A DNA stretch of 64,000 bases from an uncultured beta proteobacterium (GTDB lineage Bacteria > Pseudomonadota > Gammaproteobacteria > Burkholderiales > Burkholderiaceae_C): contig CAVUGY010000017.1 in assembly GCA_963741125.1 (NCBI GenBank), positions 35,786 through 99,785 on the forward strand, in the 5' to 3' direction. The notes under the pieces are model-generated. The model was given only the letters and a program-made list of their open reading frames with translations. It made no database searches and was not told where the DNA came from. The translations under genes were made by a program, and so were the position numbers. Positions within the stretch are counted from its first letter, which is position 1. Every line of letters starts with the position of its first letter. Of this stretch, positions 1 through 10,289 are shown one piece after another.

Positions 1-122
1 GCCTTCATCGGTTGGTGAAAGCCCGCCGCGAATTCGCCCTTGCCCAGCATCGGCCACGCCTTCGCAACGGCCGTCACGAGCGGTGCTGACGCGGGGCGGT
101 TAACTAGCCGGACACCCGCAAC

Positions 123-2370
123 ATGGGCGGATCGAAGCGAATTCGTGCGGCGGCTGCGGCCTGCTCTCGGCGCTGCTGCCGGCTGCGACAACAGCCCGAA
201 CCCCAAGGGCGCGAGGCGACGAACACGATGTTTATCGCGTTTCAGGAGCGCTCGCCGCGGCACCTCGACCCGACCGCCTCGTACTCGCTCAACGAAGTCC
301 CGTACATGTACGCGGTCTACGAGCCGCCCTACGCCTACCACTACCTGAAGCGCCCGTACGAGCTGGTGCCCAAGTCGGCCGAGGAGCTCGCGACGCCGCA
401 CTATCTCGACAAGGACGGCAAGCGCCTGCCCGATGACGCTCCCGGCGAACTGGTGGCCGAAAGCGAGTACGACGTCCATATCAGGCCGGGCATGCTCTAC
501 GCGCCGCACCCGGCATTCGCGAAGGATGCGCAAGGGCGACTACCTGTACCACGCGTTGACCGAGGCGCAAACGCGCGACAAGCATTCGCCGCTCGACTTC
601 GAGGACACCGGCACGCGCGAGCTGGTCGCCGACGACTTCGTCTACGCGCTCAAGCGCCACGCCACGCCGCGCATCGAGGCGCCGATCTACGGCATCTTCT
701 CCGAGTACGTGATCGGCCTGAAGGATTACGGCAAGCTGATCCGCGACGAAGACCTGAAGCTGCGCAAGGGCCTGGACCCGGCCGCGCTGGACAAACCCTT
801 CCTCGACTTTCGAAAGTATCCGCTGGCCGGCGCCGTGGCGCTCGACAAGCACACGTTCCGTATCCGCATCAAGGGCAAGTACCCGCAGTGGAAGTACTGG
901 ATGACGATGACCTTCACTGCGCCGGTGCCGTGGGAGGCCGACAAGTTCTATGCCCAGCCGGGCATGGCCAAGAACAGCCTGACGCTCGATGTGTGGCCGG
1001 TCGGTACCGGGCCGTTCATGGCTGGTCGAGTACGACCCGGATCGCCGCCACGTGCTGGTGCGCAACCCGAACTACCAGCGGCGCCACCTACCCGTGCGAG
1101 GGCATGCCCGGCGACAAGGAGGCGGGACTGCTCGCCGACTGCGGCAAGAAGACGCCGTTCATCGACAAGCTGGTGTTCAACATCGAGAAGGACAAGACGC
1201 CGCTGCGCGCCAAGTTCACGCAGGGCTTTCTCGACGTGCCCGAGATCGAGCGCACCGACTGGGGGCCTGACTTCCTGGCCGATGCGAACGACTCCGACGA
1301 GGTGCGCAAGCGATTCGACGAGCGGGGCATGCGCTTCCCGCAAAGCATCGAGCCGCAGAACTGGTACCTCGGCTTCAACTGGCTCGACCCGGTGGTCGGC
1401 AAGGGCGACACGCCGGCGCAGCAGGCGAAGAACCGCAAGCTGCGCCAGGCGCTGTCGATCGCGATCGACTGGGAGGAAGGCTACGGGCGCGTGTTCACGC
1501 AGAAGGCCGGCGAGGCGGCGCATGGGCCGCTGCCGGGTGGGCATGTTCGGCTCGCGCCACGGCACGCTCGAGGGCATGAACCCGGTGACGCACAAGCTGG
1601 TGGACGGGCGAGTCGTGCGCCGCTCGATCGACGAGGCCAAGGCGCTTGCTGGCCGAGGCCGGCTACCCCGACGGTCGCGATGCCAAGACCGGCAAGCCGC
1701 TGGTGCTGAACTACGACTACCAGCGCGTGCCAACGCCGGAATTCCGGGCCGAGCTCGACTGGATGGTCAAGCAGTTCGCGAAGCTCAACGTGCAGCTCGA
1801 GATCCGCGCCACCGACTACAACCAGTTCCAGGACAAGATGCTCAAGGGCAAGCAGCAGATCTTCTGGTGGGGCTGGTTCGCCGACTACCCGGACGCCGAG
1901 AACTTTCTGTTCCTGTTCTACGGCCCGAACTCGAAGGCGAAGTTCGAGGGCGAGAACACCGCGAACTACGACAACCCCGAGTACGACCGACGCTACAAGC
2001 AACTCGCGCTGCTCGACGACGGCCCGGCCAAGCAGAAGGCTGATCGACGAGATGGTCGACATCCTGCGCAAGGATGCGCCGTGGGCATTCGGCTACTTCC
2101 CGTATTCGGCGCGGCGCCTACCAGCAATGGGTGGGCAACGCGAAGTACGGCCTGTTCACCAACGACCGCGCGCTGTACTACAAGATCGACGCGTCGTTGC
2201 GCACGCGCCAGCAGGCCGAGTGGAACCCGCCGCACTACTGGCCGCTGGGGCTGTTGGCGCTGGCGAGTCTTGCGTTCGTCTGGCGTCGCACGGCGCGGCT
2301 TCGTGGCGCGCGAGCGCAAGACGGCTCTGCACGCAGACCGCGACGGCGACCGCAGGCGGCAAGCACCTGA
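123..2370 (+). CDS. ABC transporter periplasmic substrate-binding protein, family 5 (peptide/microcin; YejA-like lipoprotein); reading frame broken by at least 6 frameshifts
   Basis: Translation pieces across three frames (123.., 433.., 989.., 1646.., 2052.., 2074..) concatenate into one YejA/OppA-like protein: FIAFQERSPRHLDP..YSLNEVPYMYAVYEPPYAYHYLKRPYELVP, DYLYHALTEAQTRDKHSPLDFEDTG, FWWGWFADYPDAENFLFLFYGPNS. A possible lipobox ...GAAAGC is upstream in another frame. Confidence 0.6.
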
Positions 2371-2373
2371 GCC

Positions 2374-3362
2374 ATGCTCAACTACATCATTCGCCGCTGC
2401 CTGTACGGCGTGCTGGTCTTGCTCGGGCGTGAACCTGCTCACCTTCATGCTGTTCTTCACCGTCAACACGCCAGACGACATGGCGCGCCTGAACATCGGC
2501 GGCAAGCGCGTGACGCAGGAGCAGATTCTGAAGTGGAAGGTCGAGCGCGGCTACGACAAGCCGCTGTACTGGAACACGGCCGCGACAGGCGCGCACAGGC
2601 GACCGACACCATCTTCTGGGATCGCTCGGTCTCGCTGTTCGCGCTCGACTTCGGCCGCTCGGATTCGAAGAGCGCAACCGACATCGGCCACGAGATCCAG
2701 ACCCGCATGGTGGTGAGCCTGCAGCTGGCGGTGCCGCTTGTTCGTGCTTGCAGGTGATCGTGAGCGTCGGCATTCGCGCTGCTGCTCGTGTTCTTCAAGA
2801 ATTCGTCGATCGATTTCTGGGGCGTGGTGACCTGCGTGTTGATGCTGTCGATCAGCGCGCTGTTCTACATCATCGTCGGCCAGTTCATGTTTTCGCGCAT
2901 GTTCCACCTGGTGCCGATTTCGGGCTTCGAATCCGGGCTGGGACGCGGTGCGCTTCCTGGTGTTGCCGGTGCTGCTGTCGCTGCTGTCGAGATTGGGCAC
3001 CGAAGGGCGGCTGTACCGCGCGATGTTCCTCGAGGAGCTCGGCCGCGACTATGTGCGCACCGCACGCGCCAAGGGCCTCAGCGAGGCGCAAGGTGCTGTT
3101 CGATCATGTGCTGCGCAATGCGCTGATCCCGATCCTGACCAGCGCCGGCAGCTACTTGCCGTTCGTGTTTCTGGGCAGCCTGGTGTTCGAGAGCTTCTTC
3201 GGCATCCCGGGCCTGGGCGCGTACGTCATCGATGCGATCACGGGGCAGGACTTCGCGATCGTCCGCTCGATGGTCTTCGTCGGCTCGGTGATCTACGTCC
3301 TGAGCTACATCGTTATCGACGTGGCCTACACCTGGGTCGACCCGCGCGTGCGCCTCGCCTGA
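2374..3362 (+). CDS. ABC transporter permease (YejB/OppB-like), frameshifted
   Basis: N-term MLNYIIRRCLYGVLVLLG; internal LLTFMLFFTVNTPDDMARLNIGGKRVTQEQILKWKVERGYDKPLYW; C-term ..RTARAKGLSE..VLFDHVLRNALIPILTSAGSYLPFVFLGSLVFESFFGIPGLG..IVRSMVFVGSVIYVLSYIVIDVAYTWVDPRVRLA (typical ABC TM signature), spread over three frames. Confidence 0.6.
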
Positions 3363-3377
3363 GCAGCGCCAGCCACC

Positions 3378-4833
3378 ATGCTGCCCAAGACTCGTCGTAC
3401 TCTGGTCCGATGTCGTCGTCATCGCGACGCTACTGCTGCTGATCGCCTATGCCTGGCGCATCCACGGCAGCGCGAACCTGCGCGCGACCTGGATGAAAGT
3501 GCTGCGTGATCGCGCGGCCATCTGTTCGGCGGTCGTGCTGGTGTTGTTCTTCGCGGTCGCGGTGTTGGACAGCCTGCACTTCCGGCGCGCACTGGCGCAC
3601 GCGCCGAGAGCGGCGACGCGAACCAGTTGCAGGCATGGGGCACACGCACCGAATCGCTGCTCGATGTGCTTTCTCGAGCGGCAGATTGCAGGGCGCGAGA
3701 CGTCGTACTCCGCGCCGCTCTCGATTCGCGGCTTCACCAAGGATTCGGTCGAGGTCAACGGGCAGATCGAGCGCACGTTTCCGCGTCTCAAATACGGTGG
3801 CGAAGCGCTGGCCGACGACACGCAGTGGGTGGCTGATTTGCTGCACCGCGTCGGCATTGGCTTGTTTGCAGGGATCATCGTGACGCTTGTTTGCCGCAGT
3901 GCGGGATCGCGCGTGGCCGTAGCGCGCGCAAACCAAGTTCGATTCGTCGAGGCGTCTCGCATGCTCCTGCAGGGGCGCACCGATTTGCCGTTGCGCGCCG
4001 TCGTCGTCACGATGCTGGCACTCTGCGTCACTGTTCGGCCCGCTGTTGGCGCTGGCTCAGCACTACCATGTCTTCGGCACCGATCGCACCGGCAACGACG
4101 TGTTTTACCAGGCGCTAAAGAGCATTCGCACCGCGTTCGTGATCGGCACGCTGTCCACCATTGCGACCCTGCCGCTCGCAGTCGGGTTGGGGATCGTGTC
4201 GGGCTATCTGCGCGGCTGGGTCGACGAACTGGTGCAGTACCTCTACACCGTGCTGTCGTCGATTCCGAACGTGCTTGTTGATCGCTGCCTGCGTGCTGAT
4301 GATGCAGGTGTTCATCGACACCCACCCCGACATGTTCGAGACCGGCGCCGAGCGTTCCGACGTGCGCCTGTTTCTGCTGTGCGTGATCCTTGGGATGACC
4401 GGCTGGGCCACGCTGTGTCGGCTGCTGCGCGCCGAGACCATGAAGCTCAGTCAGCTCGAATACGTGCAGGCCGCCACCGCGTTCGGTGTGCGGTCGCTGC
4501 GCATCATGGCGCGCCACATCTTCCCGAATGTGGTGCACCTGATCATCATCACGACGGTGCTCGACTTCTCGGCGCTGATCCTGTACGAGGCGGTGCTGTC
4601 CTATGTCGGTGTCGGCGTCGATCCTTCGATGAACAGCTATCGGCGGCATGATCAACCTGGCACGCACCGAGATGAGTCGCGATCCGCTGGTCTGGTGGTC
4701 GTTCGCGGCTGCATTCGGCTTCATGGTCACGCTGGTGCTCGCGGCCAACCTCTTCGCCGACGGCGTGCGTGACGCCTTCGACCCTCGCGCGCGCAGCTTC
4801 CGCCCGCGCCGGCGCAGCCGAGCAGCGGCCTGA
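3378..4833 (+). CDS. ABC transporter permease (YejE/OppC-like), frameshifted
   Basis: Pieces in frames 3493.., 4046.., 4161.., 4648..: FGTDRTGNDVFYQALKSIRTAFVIGTLSTIATLPLAVGLGIVSGYLRGWVDELVQYLYTVLSSIPNVL, TGWATLCRLLRAETMKLSQLEYVQAATAFGVRSLRIMARHIFPNVVHLIIITTVLDFSALILYEAVLSYVGVGVDP. The start codon is uncertain. Confidence 0.55.
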
Positions 4834-4837
4834 CGCG

Positions 4838-6675
4838 ATGCTCGATATCGAAGAGCTCGAGGTCGCGCTCGATACCGACACCGGCCTGCTCAAGGCGATA
4901 GACGGCCTGTCACTCGCGATCCGGCGCGGCGAGACCTTTGCGCTGGTCGGCGAATCGGGTTGCGGCAAGAGCATGACCGCACTCGCGCTTTTGCGCCTGT
5001 TGCCCGACAACGGCAACGTCACGCACGGGCGGGTCAAGCTCGATGGGCAGCGACGTTCTGGCGCTGCCTGAGTCCGCGATGCGGGCGGTGCGCGGCGGGC
5101 GCATCGGCATGATTTTTCAGGAGCCGGCGACGAGTCTGAACCCGGTGATGCGCATCGGCGATCAGATTGTCGAAGCCATACGAGCCCACACGCCGCTGCG
5201 CGGTGCGGCTGCGCGCGCGAAAGCGATTGAATGGCTGCGCCGGGTCGGCATCCCTGAGCCGGAGCGCCGCATCGACGACTACCCGTTTCGAATGTCCGGC
5301 GGGCAGAAGCAACGCGTGATGATCGCGTTGACCTTGGCCGCCGCGCCTGACTTCCTGGTCGCCGACGAGCCGACCACGGCGCTAGACGTGACGATCCAGA
5401 AGCAGATCCTCGACTTGCTGCGCGATCTGCAGCGCGAGCAGGGCATGGGCATGCTGCTCATCACGCACGACCTGGCCGTTGTGTCGGACGTGGCTCAACA
5501 CGTGGCGCTGATGTACGCCGGGCAAATTATCGAAGTCGCGACCGCGGACGAGTTCTTCAAATCGCCCAAACATCCCTATGCACAGGCCTTGCTGCGCGCG
5601 TTGCCCGATGCCGCCCGGCGTGGTGAACCGCTGGCAGCCATTGCCGGCACGGTGCCGCCACTGACTCAAGCCTTCACCGGCTGCCGCTTTGCACCGCGCT
5701 GCGCCAGCGTCATGCCGCAGTGCGAGAGTTCATTGCCCGAGTTGATAGCGCAGAGTCCGACGCGAAGCGTGCGCTGTCTGCTCTATGGCCAAGCCGGGTC
5801 GCACACTGTGACTCGCGCGGCCGCTGTGGAATCAGTGACCCGCGCGGTACGTGATGCACCCACTGCGGTACCGCTGTTGTCGGTGCAGGACTTGTGCGTG
5901 CGCTTCCCGATCCGCAAAGGCTTGCTGCAGCGCGTGCGGGGCCACTTCGACGCCGTGGCCGGCGTTTCGCTCGATATTCTGCCGGGGCAGACGCTGGCAC
6001 TGGTGGGCGAATCTGGCTGCGGCAAGACAACGGTGGGCAAGGCCATCGTTCAATTGCTGCGCGGTCAAGCGGAGGTCAAGGGCCGGGCGCTGCTGGCAGG
6101 CGCCAACCTGTTCGAGCTGCAGGCAGAGGCGTTGCAGGCGGTGCGGCGTGACATCCAGATCATCTTCCAGGATCCGTTCTCGTCGCTCAACCCACGCATG
6201 CGTGTGTTCGACATTCTCGAGGAGGGCCTCATTGCGCTCCACCCCGACCTCACGGCAGGCGCGCGACGCGCGCGCTTGGAGAGGTTGATCGACCAAGTCG
6301 GCCTGCGCCGCGAAGCGCTGGCGCGCTTTCCGCACGAATTCAGTGGTGGCCAGCGCCAGCGAATCGCCATCGCCCGTGCGCTGGCCGTGCAGCCCAAGCT
6401 GATCGTCTGCGATGAGCCGACCTCGGCGCTTGACGTGTAGCGTGCAGGCGCAAATCTTGAACCTGCTCGACCAGTTGCAGCGCGAACTCGGCGTCGCCTA
6501 CCTGTTCATCACCCACAACATCGGTGTGGTGGAGTACATCGCCGACCAAGTGGCGGTGATGCAGGCCGGGCGAATCGTCGAGCAGGGTACAAGCGATGCG
6601 GTCCTGCTGCAGTCGCGCCAAGACTACACACGCACGTTGCTTGCTGCAGTGCCGCGACTGCCTGTCACTGCGTAA
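4838..6675 (+). CDS. ABC transporter ATP-binding protein with two fused ATPase domains (YejF-like), frameshifted near 5040 and 6438
   Basis: First domain Walker A GESGCGKS at 4960 and [27 protein letters not shown]; second domain [37 protein letters not shown]; C-term [29 protein letters not shown]. An in-frame stop/shift occurs at about 6438. Confidence 0.65.
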
Positions 6676-6883
6676 CGGCGCACACCCCAGGTGTTGCATC
6701 AAGCCAACGGCTCCGTCACGGGCTGCTTGGGGCTATTCCCTAGTGAAGGGGCCTCGCCCGGCGTCGACCCGCGTCGCGCACTGTCGAGAACCTTGACGCG
6801 AATCTAATGAATACGCCGCGTTGCGAGTCGCGGCGCCTCGTTGCGCATCGTCCACGGTGGAACGCGCTCAAGCCCGTTCTGCT

Positions 6884-7037
6884 GCGGCCACTACGGAGTT
6901 TCCCGAGAGAGAGCCCGTCCATTGCACTGTGACAATTGGTTTACATGCTCCACAAACAAGCTCCGGCGCATCCACGAAATTCGCCCGGTGTTTGCTTTGG
7001 GGCAAGGGTCTAGCGATCAATCCTCTTAGGAGACTCC
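6884..7037 (+). promoter_or_regulatory. Conserved 5' leader (copy 1) upstream of the TonB-dependent receptor gene; candidate cis-regulatory RNA
   Basis: About 150 nt immediately 5' of the start codon is roughly 65% identical to the leader of the downstream paralog (10140..10289). It starts with GCCACTACGGAGTT, contains GTGACAATT, and ends GGCAAGGG.T.TAGCGATCAA.C.T..TCTT.GGAGA...CATG. Confidence 0.35.
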
Positions 7038-9951
7038 ATGTTTAAGCGAACAAGAATCAGCAACAGCGTGCTGCTGGCGCTGGGCGGTGCCCTGCTGTCA
7101 CCGGCGACATTTGTCTTTGCACAGGCCGATGCCCAACGCATCGAGATCACAGGCTCCAACATCCGCCGTGTCGACGCAGAATCGGCGTCGCCGGTTCAGG
7201 TCATTACGAAGCAGGAAATCGACCAGGCCGGCAAGGGCACGGTCGCTGAATACCTGCAGACGCTCACGGCAGACGGCCAGGGGTCCGTGCCATTTACTTA
7301 CGGCCGCGGATTTTCAGGCGCCACGTCGTCGGGCATCTCGCTGCGTGGCCTGGGTGTCAATGCGACCCTAGTACTGATCAACGGCCGTCGGGTTACTTCT
7401 GCGGTGCTGGCCGACGACGCGCAGCGCAGCTATACCGACCTGAACCAGATTCCGTTGGAAGCCGTCGAACGTATCGAAGTGCTGAAAGATGGCGCGTCGT
7501 CGATCTATGGCTCTGACGCCGTCGCCGGCGTGGTGAACATCATCCTGAGGAGAAATTTCACCGGCACGGTGGGGAAGGTTACCTATGGTGTGTCGCAGGA
7601 AGGCGATGGCAAAGAGCCGCGCCTCGCCCTCACTCATGGATTCGGCGACATGGCCAAGGACGGCTACAACGTTCTGCTGAACGTCGAAGCCGGCAAGAAA
7701 GACCCGATCTACTATCGTGACCGCGCGGGACGCGGGTCAGTCGGCGTATCGGCGATTGGCCAGCCGCAATGGGGCTTCGACCCCAATGGCGGGCCGGGCA
7801 ACAACATCGGCCGCTATGGCGGCCAAGGATGGATTCAAGGGGACGGCGCAGGTAACCGGAGCAATAACACCTCCAACCCTTCATTTATCGGCAACGTTCG
7901 CAACCCTGTGACGCTGGACTATTACAGCCGCTCCGATCCCGCCGGCGTCGGTTTCACCCAGACCTTCCCGGGCGCGGGTACCTATTGCCTGGCCCACGCC
8001 AACCTGCCGCAGAACGATCCGGCGGGCGGCTGCATCACCGACCAGCGTCAAGCGCTCAATCAGATCCAGCCGAAGCACGAGACGGCTAGCTTCTTCGGCA
8101 GATTCTCCAAGCAGATCAACGCCGACATGGAGGGCTTTGTCGAGGTTGGCTACTATTCGACCGAGTCACGTGTCGAGGGGCTGGCAATCCCTCCGTCGAC
8201 AGCCTACTTCCCGACAAACGGGCTCGCGGTATCACAGACTGCAGCTACTCAACTGGGCGCCACCCACCCCGACAATCCATACTTCGGGACGGCGGCGAGG
8301 CTTTCCTACAACCCGCAATTTGACATCGGAAACACCGGCACGGATTCCAATGCGCACACCAGCCGCTTTCTTGCCGGCGTGAAGGGCACCTGGGCCAGTT
8401 GGGACTTCGACACCGCGTTGTCATTCTCGGAAGCGAAGCAGACGGATACGGCAACGAAGGTAATGAACTGGCGCGTGAAGAACGCACTGTTGAACCCGAC
8501 CGTTGCCAACGTTGCCGCCGCGACCGCGTTCAGCCCGGAATACGCTGCATTGCCGGCCGGTACCTTCTGGCGCATCGGCGAGAACGCAGGGTTGAACTCG
8601 GCGGCAATGTACGACGCTTTGCTGGACGACAAAGATCGCCAGGGCTCCTCGCGCCAATATGGGGTGGATATCAAGGTCTCGCGCGAGTTCGGCAAACTCG
8701 ACGGCGGCGCGATTGGCGTCGCCTTCGGTGCAGAAGTTCGGCATGAGGAAAGTAATTTGGGGTTTTGGGACGGACAGGGAAATTTCCAGGGCCTGTCCCT
8801 CACGGCCTATGGTGGCAATCGTGGCCTTGCGGCGGCTTACACCGAAGTCCTGCTGCCCGTTACAAAGCAACTGGAGTTGAATGCCGCCCTGCGCTTCGAC
8901 CACTACTCGGATGCGGGCAATTCCTGGACACCTAAGTTCGGCGCGAAGTGGAAGCCGAGCAATAGCCTGGCCGTCCGCGGGACCTACGCCCAGGGCTTCC
9001 GCGCGCCGTCGATACCAGAAATGACCGCCATCGCCGCATTCGGGGGCATTGTGGTCGACGACAACGCTCGCTGCGCCGCGCTTCTCGCCGCCGGCATTAC
9101 ACAGCCCACTGTCGATAACACGTGTAAGGGCATTGCACCGACCTTTGTGATTGCGGGTAACCCCAACCTCGATCCTGAGAAGTCGAAAAGCATGACGCTG
9201 GGTATCGTTTGGGACGTCACCCCAAAGACCAGCTTGACGGCGGACTTGTGGCAAATCAAGCGCTCAGGACTGATTGTCAATGAGGACGGGCAGACCGCAA
9301 TCGACGCAGGGCACTTGACGCGCGATCCGTCGCAGGCACTGGCGCCTGGAGACCCTGGAGCCATTTTGTCGGCTGCGGTGCTCTATGTGAACGCGAACGA
9401 AAGCTTGACGCGAGGCGTCGACGTGGAGTTCAAGCATCGCTGGGATCTGGACGGTGGCCTTGGCAGGTTGACCGCGGGCGCGACCTGGACGCATCTCATC
9501 ACGCAACGAGTGACTTTCGCAGATGGCTCTGTCCATGACTATGCGGGCACCCATGGCAACTGCGATATCACCAACTGCATCGGCTCGCCCAAGGATCGGA
9601 TCAGCATTGCCGCTACTGGGATTTGGGCCAATGGCGCCTGGGCGCGAACCTCAACTACCGCGGCACCATGGCCAATAAGTTCGAACAGGCCGACACGGGC
9701 TGCGCGGATAGCCTGTTGAACGGTGCAGATTTCCCGTCGGGCTGCACGGTCAAGTCGTTCACTACGGTCGGACGTCTCAGGTGCGTGGAGGATTGGCAAG
9801 AACTCCGAACTCTTCGGCTCGATCGCAAACATCTTTGATCGGGTTCCACCGCCTGATTTCCAGACCTACGGCGCCATCGGCTACAACCCACTGGATTACT
9901 CCGGTGCCATTGGCCGCATACTTCCGCATCGGTTTGAAATACCAGTTCTGA
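7038..9951 (+). CDS. TonB-dependent outer-membrane receptor (paralog 1); 3' end frameshifted (around 9620, 9720, 9900)
   Basis: Signal peptide MFKRTRISNSVLLALGGALLSPATFVFAQA; plug motifs DAESASPVQVITKQEIDQAG, TLVLINGRR, LEAVERIEVLKDGASSIYGSDAVAGVVNIILR; barrel region. The canonical C-terminal ..GRYFRIGLKYQF-stop is readable only after a +1 shift at about 9915. Confidence 0.7.
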
Positions 9952-10002
9952 GATCAACAGCGCTGCGGGCAACGCCTGCAGCAGCAATTGATCAAAGTCA
10001 GC

Positions 10003-10035
10003 CCACCGGGGCACTCCCGGTGGGCTTTTCTTTTC
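10003..10035 (+). terminator. Rho-independent terminator after TBDR paralog 1
   Basis: CCCACCGGGGCACTCCCGGTGGG hairpin followed by CTTTTCTTTT. Confidence 0.5.
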
Positions 10036-10139
10036 CAGGAGTAGCGACACACGGCGATGGCGCACGCGCATGTCTGCGCCAGTGAACCGAACAGTCCGCA
10101 CACCGATTCGGCACGCTTGCACGTCAAGTCGAACCGTTG

Positions 10140-10289
10140 TACAGGAGCCACTACGGAGTTCCCCGGGGATATGGCGACTCCGCGCCAACGTGACAATTCG
10201 CTTACACGCCCCTCAGACGAGCGCCATCCCGTTCACAAGATCGGCTCGCGGATTTGCTCTGAGGCAAGGGGTTATCGATCAACCTTTTC
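10140..10289 (+). promoter_or_regulatory. Conserved 5' leader (copy 2) upstream of TBDR paralog 2; candidate cis-regulatory RNA
   Basis: Aligns with 6884..7037: GCCACTACGGAGTTCCCCGG...GTGACAATTCGCTTACACGCCCC...GGCAAGGGGTTATCGATCAACCTTTTCTTGGGAGAATTCATG. Confidence 0.35.

Noticed and set aside
6884-7037. Assignment of the TBDR leaders to the cobalamin or TPP riboswitch families
   Set aside because: Despite a GCCACT start and a ..ATCGATCAA.. block, I could not find the B12 box/GGGAA core or the TPP CUGAGA/GGGG elements in both copies. I left them as an unclassified conserved leader.
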